Assembly: GCA_004212155.1 (NCBI GenBank)
Contig: RXIG01000002.1
Span: 32,001 to 96,000, forward strand
Source of the DNA: an archaeon
GTDB lineage: Archaea; Methanobacteriota_B; Thermococci; Methanofastidiosales; NM3
Reading direction: 5' to 3'
DNA length: 64,000 nucleotides
Below are positions 28,536-40,694 of the stretch, piece after piece; the stretch's first letter is position 1; each line of letters starts with the position of its first letter. Below the pieces are notes generated by a model, which had not been told where the DNA came from, searched no databases, and saw only the letters and a list, made by a program, of their open reading frames with translations. Made by a program: the position numbers and the translations under genes.

Positions 28536-30380
28536 ATGCGAAGGGCAGTGATTACGCTTATGTGTGCACTCATGCTACTGGCAATGGTGCCGCACCCCTC
28601 ATACGGTCAACCGTTCGATCATACAGTAACGATACATGCGCCAGCGGTCGCGATGCAAAATGGTTCATATGTCGGCACGGTGAGCGAGATGGTCGTTGGT
28701 ATCTCGGAGGGGGATGGTTCGATCTATGTTGAGACCTGGCCCCTGTCCGAGATCGATACGCAGGCATCTGCGCGCATCGCTGTTTCAGTGGCAGGGGAAC
28801 TCACAGGTATGGACATGCAGGCTCATAATTTTTACTACTCCATCGTCTCCGAGGCGCCCGTCATCGGGGGACCTTCCGCAGGCGGCATCCTGACCGTCGC
28901 TACCGTGGCATGCCTCAATGGATGGGAGATGGACCAGGACGTCATGATGACGGGCATGATCAATCCCGATGGGTCCATCGGTCCCGTGGGCGGCATATAC
29001 GAGAAGGCGAAGGCGGCCCATGAATACGGCATCACCACATTCCTCGTTCCCGAGGGCCAGGCAACGGTGCAGCACGATGACGAGACGATCGACCTCAGCA
29101 CGTATGCACCTCGAGAATGGGGCATGGAGGTCAAGGAGGTCTTCGATATAGAGGATGCAATAGCCGAGTTCACAGGGTATACCTATGAGAAAGAGGAGTT
29201 CGAGGGCGACCTCGAAGTTGACACGTCTTTTTTTGCATCAGATGTCGAGGCGGAGCTCGCCTTGACCAGGGACCTCAAGGAACAGGTGACCGAAGAACTC
29301 TCATCAGCATCGATCAGCGAGAGCATACGTTCCGAACTTGCCCAGAATACGGACTCGGCAGACCAGCGCATCATCGACACTGAAAAAGCAATTGAGGACG
29401 AGTTGTACTACACCTCGCTTTCATACCTCTTCCAGGCGCGCATATCATATATGTATGTCAGCTATTCTCTTGAATACCTCCAAAGCGATGATCGCGGCTC
29501 GGTCATGGCTTCAACGCTCGATGACGTGCAAGCGTTCATCGACGAGACGGCGTCGATGGTGGAGGAACGTTCCGAAGATCTCGAGGGATACTCGGCGCTT
29601 GAGGCGTACTCTGCTGCGGAGGAACGATCGTTTGAGGCACAGCGCTATCTGGACGATGCGAAAAGGCAGGTCACCTTAAACGATGCTGCTTCTGCACTCT
29701 ACAATGCAGCGTTCGCATACGAGCGTGCGCGCACGAGCCGGTTTTGGCTTGATGTCATGGAACGTTGTTCAGGCGGCGAGTCAATCGACATGTCGGCGCT
29801 CGAGGCAGATGCAGAGACACTCATCAACGATGCGAACCTAACCTTCATCTACGCGACAAGGCTCAATATCTCCAATTCACTCATAACGAATGCCCAGGAG
29901 CTCCTCCGGTCCGCTCAAAAGGAGTTCAACAATGGCAACTACGCCGCAGCACTCTACGATGCGATGGAGAGCAAGGCGAGCGCATCGGTCGCCATCCAAT
30001 TCTTTGCGACGGGCGAGGAAGGTGTCGAACTTGCGATGCAGCGCGCCAAACAACAGGCAAGCGAGGCCATACAGCGTCAGCAGTCCCATGACATCACACC
30101 CGTGCTCTCGATGTCGTACTTCGAGTATGCTTCGACGTTTGAGCAGGACCAGTCGTACGGGCAGGCGACGATGTATTACAAGTATGCAAAGGGCATCGCC
30201 AACGCGTTCAAGTACACCAAGGGCGGATTCACGCCCGGTACGCCCGACGTATCAAACGGCGGCGAGGAAAGTACTTCAGGCATACCGCTTGTCCCTGTTG
30301 GGACGTTCATAATCGGTGCCATCGTCGGCATCGGGGTGGCCCTTGCGATCAAGGGTAGGTCGAGGACGCAATCTTTATAA
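28536..30380 (+). CDS. Secreted, membrane-anchored S16 (Lon-like) serine protease
   Basis: Signal peptide; GGPSAG (Ser), TGMINPDGSIGPVGG, EKAKAA (Lys); helical domain; C-terminal TM anchor; no AAA domain. Confidence 0.85.
   Translation: MRRAVITLMCALMLLAMVPHPSYGQPFDHTVTIHAPAVAMQNGSYVGTVSEMVVGISEGDGSIYVETWPLSEIDTQASARIAVSVAGELTGMDMQAHNFYYSIVSEAPVIGGPSAGGILTVATVACLNGWEMDQDVMMTGMINPDGSIGPVGGIYEKAKAAHEYGITTFLVPEGQATVQHDDETIDLSTYAPREWGMEVKEVFDIEDAIAEFTGYTYEKEEFEGDLEVDTSFFASDVEAELALTRDLKEQVTEELSSASISESIRSELAQNTDSADQRIIDTEKAIEDELYYTSLSYLFQARISYMYVSYSLEYLQSDDRGSVMASTLDDVQAFIDETASMVEERSEDLEGYSALEAYSAAEERSFEAQRYLDDAKRQVTLNDAASALYNAAFAYERARTSRFWLDVMERCSGGESIDMSALEADAETLINDANLTFIYATRLNISNSLITNAQELLRSAQKEFNNGNYAAALYDAMESKASASVAIQFFATGEEGVELAMQRAKQQASEAIQRQQSHDITPVLSMSYFEYASTFEQDQSYGQATMYYKYAKGIANAFKYTKGGFTPGTPDVSNGGEESTSGIPLVPVGTFIIGAIVGIGVALAIKGRSRTQSL
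30374..30380 (+). promoter_or_regulatory. TATA box for tRNA-Val overlapping the protease stop codon
   Basis: TTTATAA, whose final TAA is the protease stop, 27 nt upstream of the tRNA. Confidence 0.5.
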
Positions 30381-30407
30381 GGAATGATCCTCTTGGTGAG
30401 TGATGGC

Positions 30408-30481
30408 GGGCCCGTGGTCTAGTTGGTCATGACGTCGCCTTTACGAGGCGAAGGTCACGAGTTCGAATCTCGTCGGGCCCA
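30408..30481 (+). tRNA. tRNA-Val(TAC)
   Basis: GGGCCCG/CGGGCCC acceptor; TCGCC-TT-TAC-GA-GGCGA; GTTCGAAT; CCA not encoded. Confidence 0.95.
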
Positions 30482-30519
30482 CTCGCCTTGTTATATTCTT
30501 CTTTTCAAATAACGTTTTT

Positions 30520-33411
30520 ATGGCTGCACGAGTTCATAGTTGTGTGGCACGTATACCTAAGGACCTTCTCACATTGGAAGGGATCGAACGAATGCTTCAT
30601 GCCCGTTGTCGCATCATGGGCAAAGGTACGTATCGTTGCACCCTGAAGGACTCTGATGGCGACATCATCTTTTACCTCTTTGACGAAAGGCGTGGCAAGG
30701 ACCATTTTGACAGGAAAAGATGCGAGCAAGATGGGTCAAGACATCATCTTATCGTCTTCTCACAGAGTGAGGACCGCATGACAATCGATGCGCGCATCGG
30801 GTCACACAACTACCACCGTGCCATCGATGCAGGGCATGGCACAGAACATGGTGTCGAATTGCTGCATGACGCATTGCGACACCCCAGCGATCTATGGGGG
30901 TGGCATAGCTTCCTTGAGCGCAGGGACGTCATCGCACTCCTTGCGTCACATTGTGAAAAGGGCATATCCGCACTGCAGGGAACGCTCAATACCGACGATG
31001 CCACTCGTTATGTGCTGCAGTTGCTGTTACTCGATCACCTTGTGCATCGTGGACACCTCTGTGGTAGAGGACCGTTCCAGGCGGTACCTGGACGCTCATC
31101 TCATGATGCCGTACCTTGGTCGGAACAGGTCGCTCGCCTTATAGGGCTCATGGCGTATCCACCTCATGAAGCAGAAGCGGAGATGGTGCCACCGCTTGGT
31201 CCCTCGATACTCCTTGGTGGAGCCGCCCCTTCTACGAACATCCCCGATCCGTTCTTCTACTCCGCTGGTGATTGGTCGTTTTTTCCTCTTCCCGTTTCTC
31301 GTGGAGAGCTTGATGTCCATGTGATAGCTCACGTTGCAGAAGCCATATTGGATCAGGAAAGCCGCAAGACGTGCGGATGCTTCTTTACCCCACAACCGTT
31401 GGTGACCCATATGTGCTGGCGTACCATTGTCCCATGTGTCGTATCGATGGCAAACGGAGCCAGCGCAACATCGTACCACGGAGCGGACGAAGGGCTTCGC
31501 TCGGGCGATCCTGCCTGGCTCGATGCGTTCACACATGCTCTCCGTAACGTCCGTATCGTCGATCCTTCCTGCGGAAATGGCCATTTCCTCGTAGAGGCCC
31601 TGTCAACACTCGTTCGATTGCACGAAGCACTCGTCGACGTTCATCCTCAGGCAGCAAAGGATATAGACGCCCCCTGGCACTTCATCGAGCACTGCATCTG
31701 TGGCGTGGACATCTCTGCGATGCTCGTTGACATGACGCGCCTCAGGCTGCGCATGAAGGCCTTATGCAGCACAGGTGAGTTAAGGGATGTAGGAGACCGC
31801 TGCCATGTGGGCAACGGTTTGCTCGGGACCATACGGCAAGATGAGGATGGAAGGACTTCCCCTTCGCATACCACCTACGCAGGGGATGGGAGCGTTCAAG
31901 GGAGCATGCCCCATGAATGGACAAAATGGCATGCAGACGTGTTTTCGAAGCGTGGTGGATTCGATGTCGTCATCGGCAATCCCCCTTATGGCAAGGTCAA
32001 GAATCTCGATCTCCCGCGTACCGAGAAGCGTGCCATCTCACACATCTATCGAGAACGATTCCCAACACTAAAAGGCAACATAGAGTACTCACGTCTCTTC
32101 CTTGCGCTCTCCATCGAGCTTCTCAGGGAGGGAGGGCACTGTTCACTCGTCGTTCCCTCTATGGTGTGGGGCGATAGTGATACGCACGAGCTCCGCACAC
32201 ACTACGTGCGACATGTGCTCAGCGAGGTTTACCACTTCCCATATGAAACGACCCGTACCATCTTTGGCGGCGCCGTGCTCTTCGAGGTCTCGGTTTTCGT
32301 GGGCCGGCTGTGCTCGAATAACATGGACGGCACAATAACATTTTTTCCTTCTATATCAGTGCCCGAGATCTTCTCAATGCGATCCATCATGGGCATCGAT
32401 ACGACCATTAACAACATACTCTCCTCATCTCATCTCGCACGACTCCCCCTCCCGGTCGGGGGTCAAGGAGGCCACGACATACTTTCCTACATGTCATCGT
32501 TCCCACGGCTGTCCGAGATGAATATGGAAATATTCGTTGGAAAGGTGGATGAGACACTAGACAGGGAGCATCTCTCAGCGGTACCAACTGAAGAGCTTCT
32601 CATCGCAGCAAATCATATCAAGGACTGGCATGTCGAGCTGGATGGTCTGGGATCGAAACGATGGGTGATACGGGGTGAAGACGTGCGTGCCAGACGGTTG
32701 CGCCACCCCATCGCAGGCGCGACGACAGTAGGTGAGCTCATGGACGGTTCCCCAAAGATCGTGGGACGGCAGATGGCCCATCGTGGCGAGAAGAAGAAGC
32801 TTCACTTCTCCCTTCACTATGGCCATGAGCTCCTTACCAATGGTGTCAGGGTCATCGTGCTCCCCGATGCTTCAAGGGATGACTATGCCTTTCTTTTGGC
32901 AGTTCTCAACAGCTGCGTCGCAAATTGGGTCTTCTCTGCATACTCGCTCACATTCAACGTGAAGCCCTATGAGTTGCAGGACCTTCCGCTCCCTTTGCCT
33001 GAATCATATGAGAGAACGGTCATCAGGACACTCGTTGAACATGTTCTCCTTGCTTATGAACTGGAATGTGATAAGAAGATGCGCGACTTTTTCGTGTTGT
33101 TACTCGACGTGGTGATGACCGAGCTCTTTTGCCTGCGTCGATTCGTCAGTGATGCGACATATGCGAATTATGGTAGCACCATCATCCCTCTCGTAGCGAA
33201 CCACCTGGACCAGCTGCCCTTTGCAACCATTATGGAACGCTCTCGCTCTTACGGCGCCATACGAAGCATGACCAGGTCGAAGCTGGTGGAGACGCACGCG
33301 GCGATGTATGATGACATGGAACTGCGCAATGCCGTTTTGCGCGTACTCGCCCATCCGTGGGCAAAGATGTTTTTCCAACACCATGATCGCAGGGCGCGGC
33401 CCTTCCCATAA
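30520..33411 (+). CDS. Eco57I/type IIG-like amino-DNA methyltransferase with TaqI_C-like specificity domain
   Basis: FFTP (motif X), DPSCGNGHFL (I), GVDI (II), GN.L, FDVVIGNPPY (IV), LAVLNS in C-terminal domain; start uncertain. Confidence 0.8.
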   Translation: MAARVHSCVARIPKDLLTLEGIERMLHARCRIMGKGTYRCTLKDSDGDIIFYLFDERRGKDHFDRKRCEQDGSRHHLIVFSQSEDRMTIDARIGSHNYHRAIDAGHGTEHGVELLHDALRHPSDLWGWHSFLERRDVIALLASHCEKGISALQGTLNTDDATRYVLQLLLLDHLVHRGHLCGRGPFQAVPGRSSHDAVPWSEQVARLIGLMAYPPHEAEAEMVPPLGPSILLGGAAPSTNIPDPFFYSAGDWSFFPLPVSRGELDVHVIAHVAEAILDQESRKTCGCFFTPQPLVTHMCWRTIVPCVVSMANGASATSYHGADEGLRSGDPAWLDAFTHALRNVRIVDPSCGNGHFLVEALSTLVRLHEALVDVHPQAAKDIDAPWHFIEHCICGVDISAMLVDMTRLRLRMKALCSTGELRDVGDRCHVGNGLLGTIRQDEDGRTSPSHTTYAGDGSVQGSMPHEWTKWHADVFSKRGGFDVVIGNPPYGKVKNLDLPRTEKRAISHIYRERFPTLKGNIEYSRLFLALSIELLREGGHCSLVVPSMVWGDSDTHELRTHYVRHVLSEVYHFPYETTRTIFGGAVLFEVSVFVGRLCSNNMDGTITFFPSISVPEIFSMRSIMGIDTTINNILSSSHLARLPLPVGGQGGHDILSYMSSFPRLSEMNMEIFVGKVDETLDREHLSAVPTEELLIAANHIKDWHVELDGLGSKRWVIRGEDVRARRLRHPIAGATTVGELMDGSPKIVGRQMAHRGEKKKLHFSLHYGHELLTNGVRVIVLPDASRDDYAFLLAVLNSCVANWVFSAYSLTFNVKPYELQDLPLPLPESYERTVIRTLVEHVLLAYELECDKKMRDFFVLLLDVVMTELFCLRRFVSDATYANYGSTIIPLVANHLDQLPFATIMERSRSYGAIRSMTRSKLVETHAAMYDDMELRNAVLRVLAHPWAKMFFQHHDRRARPFP

Positions 33412-33443
33412 CTATTATAAATCGTACGGCACGAGTGAGGGCA

Positions 33444-34199
33444 ATGATCGAGCGAACGTTCATCCTCCTTGATGGCATCGGCGACAGAATGGAGCGCACC
33501 CTCTGGGACAGCGGCATTACGACATGGGGCGACTTCATGGGTGCATCGTCGGTGCCGCGCATCTCTTCGCAGCGCAAGCTCCGCTACGACAAGGACCTGC
33601 TCAAGGCATCGGCGAATCTCTCTGTCAGAAACGGCGACTTCTTCGCTCACCGGCTCCCCGGCAACGAACACTGGCGCCTCTTCGAGACGTTCAGGGACGA
33701 TGTCGTCTACCTCGACATCGAGACGACGGGTCATTTCGCAGGCAACGCGACGACGGTCGTGGGCCTCTACGACGGCGCGACGTTCAAGGCGTTCGTGCGC
33801 GGCAAGGACCTTACGCGCGAGGCGCTGGCATCGGCGCTTGACGGCAAGAAGATGGTCGTCACGTTCTTCGGCCGCGGATTTGACATCCCCGTGCTGCTGC
33901 ATGAGTTTGACATCCCCGTGCCGCCGCTTCACTTCGACCTCTGCTTTGCGGCCAAGCGCCTCAACATGCATGGAGGGCTCAAGGTGATCGAGCGGGAACT
34001 TGGGATATGCCGTTCCGACGACACGCAGGGCCTGTCAGGTGCCGACGCGGTGCGTTTGTGGTACCGCTACAAGCGGCACGAGGACGAGTCTGCGCTCTCA
34101 ACGCTGCTCCAGTACAACAAGGAGGACGTTGTGAATCTGGAATATCTCGCTTCAAAAATATTCGAATCACTAAAAACCAAAGTAACAGGGAGTTTCTGA
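33444..34199 (+). CDS. YprB-like RNase H-fold exonuclease
   Basis: N-terminal GIG HhH-like motif, YLDIETTG, FDIPVL, HFDL, GGLK..E, YNKEDV. Confidence 0.85.
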   Translation: MIERTFILLDGIGDRMERTLWDSGITTWGDFMGASSVPRISSQRKLRYDKDLLKASANLSVRNGDFFAHRLPGNEHWRLFETFRDDVVYLDIETTGHFAGNATTVVGLYDGATFKAFVRGKDLTREALASALDGKKMVVTFFGRGFDIPVLLHEFDIPVPPLHFDLCFAAKRLNMHGGLKVIERELGICRSDDTQGLSGADAVRLWYRYKRHEDESALSTLLQYNKEDVVNLEYLASKIFESLKTKVTGSF

Positions 34200-34310
34200 A
34201 TCGTACGACACATGAAACATGTCCCACAAAAAAAGAGGCGCAACTTAGTTAACTATTTAAATTTGCACAAGCAAACATAATGTATTACATCTATTACATC
34301 GGTGATATGA

Positions 34311-34838
34311 TTGCCACGATTGACAAATATAAAGAGTGCCGGTAAGGACATCAGCCGTTATGTTGGTTCCATGTACCGGAAGGAAAAGAAGGAGGAGAAA
34401 AAGATCGGCCTGCTCGTTGATGGGCCCAACATCCTCCGAAGAGAGTTTGCCATTGATTTGGAGGACATCCGCAGGATCCTCGATGACCTTGGGGATATCC
34501 GTATCGCCAAGGTATTCCTAAATCAGTTTGCCTCCCAGGGCCTTATTGAGGCCATATCCAATCAGGGATTCGATGTCATCATCGTTACCGGCGACACCGA
34601 CGTGCGCATCGGCGTCGATGCGATGGAGGTCATCTTCATGGACAGCATCAACACAGTTGCGCTTGCAACGCGCGATGCCGACTTCCTCCCCATACTCATC
34701 AAGGCCAAGGAACACGGAAAGGAGACCATCGTCATCGGTGCCGACCCTGGGTTTTCCGTGGCATTGCAAAACGCCGCAGATTATGTTATCAAGATGGGTG
34801 GCGAAGAAGTGAAGCGTGACGACGAGGTCTACTTGTAA
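34311..34838 (+). CDS. NYN-domain protein (TIGR00288-like)
   Basis: VDGPNILR, DTDV, TRDADF, FSVALQNAAD. Confidence 0.88.
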   Translation: MPRLTNIKSAGKDISRYVGSMYRKEKKEEKKIGLLVDGPNILRREFAIDLEDIRRILDDLGDIRIAKVFLNQFASQGLIEAISNQGFDVIIVTGDTDVRIGVDAMEVIFMDSINTVALATRDADFLPILIKAKEHGKETIVIGADPGFSVALQNAADYVIKMGGEEVKRDDEVYL

Positions 34839-34852
34839 TCCCCTTTTCCCAT

Positions 34853-36748
<1,896 letters not shown>

Positions 36749-36829
36749 TCACCGTCAGAAGGTATGGTATTACCACTGAATCGTAGTTTAAAAATATTGC
36801 TATTCGTCAGGTTCGCGGATAAAATTCCA

Positions 36830-38134
36830 TTATTCGTTCCAAACGTGTTCGCGCTTGTCGATGATGCGTTTGGCTTTGTGGGTCGCGCGCGGCAGCGTGT
36901 CCTCGTCGTAGACCACTACCCGCGCGGAGACGCCGAGCGCAGCTTTGATGTCGTGTTGGATCTTTTGTTCGAGCAGGGCGAGATTGCCTTTGAATCTATC
37001 GACGTGTTCCGTTTCCACCGTAAGCGAATCAAGGTGATTTTCCCGTGTCACGACGAGCCGGTACTCGCCGGTAAGGTCCTCGTTCGAGCGAATGATCGAT
37101 TCGATTGCAGAGGGCATCACGTTGACGCCCTTGATGATGAGCATGTCGTCGACACGTCCGTGAATGCCTGTCAGCCGCAGGTGTGTCCTTCCGCACGAGC
37201 ACCGGTCCGTCTCGTACGTGACGATGTCTCCCGTCCTGAATCGTATGAGGGGCCGTGCCTCCTTCCTGAGCGTCGTAAGGTACATCTCCCCCTTTTCGCC
37301 CTCTGCGACATGCTCGTTCGTTTCGGGATCGATCACCTCGAGGAGCATGTGGTCCTCCGCAAGGTGGAGGCCCTCCTTGGCAGTGCATTCACCCGCGCAG
37401 GCGCCGAAGATATCCGAGATACCGTAATAGTCGTGCACGCTGGCGTTCCAGAGCGATTCGATGCGGCGTCTGGTCGTCTCGATCGACCCTCCCGGCTCAC
37501 CTGCGACAAAGAGGCGTTTGATCGACGATGCGGCAGGGTCGAATCCCATCTTCTCCGCCGTCTCGCCGAGATACCACGCATACGAGGGCGTGGTCCAGAT
37601 GACGGTAGGCTTGAACTGATCGATGATCTTTATGAGACGTTCTGAGGGTATCGTGCCCGCATGGATGGAGAGCGCCCCGACCTTCTGGGCACCAAGCACA
37701 CATGGTCCTCCCACAAAGAGTGAGAAGTTGAGCGCATGACAGTACCTGTCTGTGTTGCGAAGGCCCGAGGAATAGAAGAGGCGTGCCTCGTAATCGATCC
37801 ATTCATCGAAGTCGCGCTGGGTGAACGGCGATGCTGTGGGCGCCCCCGTTGATCCAGATGATGCGGAGATGTAGACGACCTTCTCCTCCGGTACGCACAG
37901 CATCCTTCCAAGCGGTGGCATGGCTTCCTGGTCCTTTCGGATGTCATCCTTGTCGCACACAGGGAGTCGCGCTATGTCCTGCATCGTGCGCACATCCCTG
38001 CACTCCTTGGGTATGTGGCGCGCATAATATGGGCTTTGTTTCACTGCATGGCGTACCGTTGCCCGCACCTTCTTGAGTTGGTAGTCCTCGAGTTCCTCGC
38101 GTGGCATCGTCTCTATAGGGTCCCAGTATGTCAT
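36830..38134 (-). CDS. paaK: Phenylacetate-CoA ligase family protein
   Basis: SSGSTG, AGEPG, DYYGISD, RFRTGD, GRVDDMLIIKGVNV. Confidence 0.85.
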   Translation of the reverse strand: MTYWDPIETMPREELEDYQLKKVRATVRHAVKQSPYYARHIPKECRDVRTMQDIARLPVCDKDDIRKDQEAMPPLGRMLCVPEEKVVYISASSGSTGAPTASPFTQRDFDEWIDYEARLFYSSGLRNTDRYCHALNFSLFVGGPCVLGAQKVGALSIHAGTIPSERLIKIIDQFKPTVIWTTPSYAWYLGETAEKMGFDPAASSIKRLFVAGEPGGSIETTRRRIESLWNASVHDYYGISDIFGACAGECTAKEGLHLAEDHMLLEVIDPETNEHVAEGEKGEMYLTTLRKEARPLIRFRTGDIVTYETDRCSCGRTHLRLTGIHGRVDDMLIIKGVNVMPSAIESIIRSNEDLTGEYRLVVTRENHLDSLTVETEHVDRFKGNLALLEQKIQHDIKAALGVSARVVVYDEDTLPRATHKAKRIIDKREHVWNE

Positions 38135-38317
38135 CTTGTGATTCACTCCCAGTAGCACAAAGAATTGAAGTAGTATTAATATAGTTTATTGTATAAAATA
38201 TTCTTATTATACTTCTTTATTTCCTATTGGTACTTAAGGCTCCTTCGCCGAATCAGATGGGGCGTATGGCATCGGGACCAACCAATAACCATATTAGCGC
38301 GCATGTAGAATAACCCC

Positions 38318-38959
38318 ATGCACGACATAGGGTGGCAGCTCGAACGAATAGCCGAGATGGTCGATGTACCACCGCGCCGAAGGGAGGATCCGTTTCGCGT
38401 GCTCATTACGACGATCCTCTCCCACCGCACGAGGGACGAGAACACTGAAAAGGCCGCTCAGATGCTCTTCGATGCATACCCTTCCCCCAGAGCGCTTAAA
38501 GATGCGCCCGTTGACGAGATCGAACGCCTGATACATGCAACTGGATTCTACTCCGTGAAGGCCGAGCGCGTCAAGGAGGTTGCGCGCATCGTCGATGAGG
38601 AGCGAGATGGCGTTGTCCCTGACACGCGCGAGGGTCTCGAGGCGCTGCCTGGCGTGGGGCCGAAGACGGCCAACTGCGTCCTCGTCTATGCGTTTGAAAA
38701 GGAAGCCCTTCCTGTCGATACTCATGTGCACCGCATCGCCAACAGGATCGGATGGGTATCGACCTCGTCTGCGGAATCAACGGAGCGAGAGCTTGCGGCC
38801 GTCGTGCCCCGTAGATACTGGGGAATGCTCAACGAGACGCTTGTCTCGTTTGGAAAGCAGATATGCCGACCCATACGCCCACTGTGTGCGCTATGCACGA
38901 TATCCTCCTCTTGCGACTACTACAACGAGTCAGTTTCACAAATAAAGGAAAAACATTAA
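38318..38959 (+). CDS. nth: Endonuclease III
   Basis: LPGVGPKTA, VDTHVHR, C-x6-C-x2-C-x5-C Fe-S motif. Confidence 0.93.
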   Translation: MHDIGWQLERIAEMVDVPPRRREDPFRVLITTILSHRTRDENTEKAAQMLFDAYPSPRALKDAPVDEIERLIHATGFYSVKAERVKEVARIVDEERDGVVPDTREGLEALPGVGPKTANCVLVYAFEKEALPVDTHVHRIANRIGWVSTSSAESTERELAAVVPRRYWGMLNETLVSFGKQICRPIRPLCALCTISSSCDYYNESVSQIKEKH

Positions 38960-39015
38960 GTCAAATGTCTCTAGCAAAACCAATAGGCTTAAAAGTCTCG
39001 CATCACGTGTTTTCT

Positions 39016-39327
39016 ATGGTGAGCAATGTGAGCGATCTTGAGTTGACCAAGGCAAGCAAGACGGACAAGATAGTAATATACAACAAGAAGGGCTCTATCG
39101 ACGAGACCGCTTGTCTCTTTTGCGGAAAGAAGAAAAGCGACGGCGTATCCAAGATAGCTATCGACTACGGTGCGGGGGTCCTCTTTGCCCGCGTATGTCA
39201 GGAGGACCGGAGCAAGACGCTTGGCGAGTTCATCGCCGAGGCGGTATATGCAGCCTCCGAGGTCGAACTCGATCCTGAATCCAACATGCAGATCGACTTC
39301 ATCATGCACCAGTACGAGGAAGAGTAG
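39016..39327 (+). CDS. Small hypothetical protein with CxxC
   Basis: Fills the gap after a TATA-like motif; normal codon usage; CLFC...VC. Confidence 0.6.
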   Translation: MVSNVSDLELTKASKTDKIVIYNKKGSIDETACLFCGKKKSDGVSKIAIDYGAGVLFARVCQEDRSKTLGEFIAEAVYAASEVELDPESNMQIDFIMHQYEEE

Positions 39328-39337
39328 TCCTTCTCTT

Positions 39338-39901
39338 TTATTTATCATACAGTTCTGGAGAAAGGCGCGGCACCATCGCCATGAGGACGGCATGGCGCGT
39401 GAAGGCGGTACGGTCGATATGCCCCTTTGAAAGCATGCCTATTGCGCCTTGTTCCCTTTTTATGTTTTCATTCCCGCTCAGTGTTGCGAAGATGTCCCCG
39501 ATCTCGTGACCCTTCTCGACCTCGCTCAGTACTGAAGGGGGATAGGCGAATCCTCCGCTATGTCCCACTGTCATCCATCCATCCGTGTCGAATATGATGC
39601 AGTACTGCACATCGAGGGACACGCCGCGCACCGCATAGATGCCTGCCTCGATGCCGATGCCGTAAGTGGCACCTTCCACTGATTCGAGCGCATGGCAGGC
39701 ACGATTGCGGGCACCGTCAAAGATCGTTTCCAAGCCAATGGGCTGGGGCGGCACGTTGGAATCGGCCTCGCATGCACGGACGGTGCACGAGATGCCACGC
39801 GCGTCGAAGATCTCACACATGACTTGTGATACTGCCCCTACCTTCACGGGATTTCTCGATCCCACCGACACGGTCAAGTCACGTGCCTGTTGTGCGTTCA
39901 T
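39338..39901 (-). CDS. yjjX: Inosine/xanthosine triphosphatase
   Basis: GSRNPVK, QP, GARNRA, GIEAG, GAIGMLS, R..F. Confidence 0.88.
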   Translation of the reverse strand: MNAQQARDLTVSVGSRNPVKVGAVSQVMCEIFDARGISCTVRACEADSNVPPQPIGLETIFDGARNRACHALESVEGATYGIGIEAGIYAVRGVSLDVQYCIIFDTDGWMTVGHSGGFAYPPSVLSEVEKGHEIGDIFATLSGNENIKREQGAIGMLSKGHIDRTAFTRHAVLMAMVPRLSPELYDK

Positions 39902-40484
39902 CCCGCTTCACCTTCTCGATCATGGCCCGTGCCGCATCGTTGGTGCCATCGATTTCAAGCGCGATCTCGGCAAAGGCGTGCGCCTCGGCGAGGTCCCCCT
40001 CGTCGTAGGCGATCTTGCTGCGGTAGACCCATGTCTCTGCATAATTGCCCATGATGGGCGAGTGCATGATCGTCTCGAGCACTTCCTTTGCTCGTTCCTT
40101 GTCGCCCATGTCGTAGAATCCAATGGCGCTCTGGCTCATGATCCGTTCGTTGTGCGCAGCTTTTGTCATGGCGGTCTCGAACGCGTTCCGTGCCTCGTCG
40201 TAGCGCCCCTTGCGCACGAGCAAAGACCCTTTCATGGCCAGGAGCTCGTGATTCTTCTTATCGTAGCCGTACGCAAGCTCGTAGCATTCGATCGCCTCAT
40301 CGTATTGTCCCAGTTTTGCCAAGAAGAAGCCCTTGTTCTGAAGAAATACGGGGTTCCCGGCACGCTCGCACAGAGCCTGGTCGACGAGATCGAGCGCCGT
40401 GGAATAGTCGCCGCGCTCGGCTGCCTTCATCGCTTCGCGATTGAGGCGTTCAGGGCGAAACATGAACTTATCGAACACTCCCAT
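39879..40484 (-). CDS. TPR-repeat protein
   Basis: Repeated TPR consensus (NKG..L..LG.Y.EA..CY). Confidence 0.8.
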   Translation of the reverse strand: MGVFDKFMFRPERLNREAMKAAERGDYSTALDLVDQALCERAGNPVFLQNKGFFLAKLGQYDEAIECYELAYGYDKKNHELLAMKGSLLVRKGRYDEARNAFETAMTKAAHNERIMSQSAIGFYDMGDKERAKEVLETIMHSPIMGNYAETWVYRSKIAYDEGDLAEAHAFAEIALEIDGTNDAARAMIEKVKRDERTTGT

Positions 40485-40694
40485 GTTTGTTCCCTCGTGC
40501 CCACGCTTATTAATTTTTTCCGGTGTAGGGCTTTGCGCATGGCGCATTGCCCCATGCACGAATCTCCCGCATTAAACGGTTGATTATCAGTTATCCAAAC
40601 CAGCAAAAATTTTTTTTCATTGACTGCCCAGGGGCGCCCCATATCCCCTAGGTGGCCTCTTCTATTCATGCAGGGGCACATGATGTGGTGTTTG

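Noticed and set aside
30460-34850. Integrated element or defence island at tRNA-Val (MTase, YprB, NYN)
   Set aside because: No duplicated tRNA 3' end or integrase seen; YprB-like and TIGR00288-like genes are widespread chromosomal genes with host-like codon usage.
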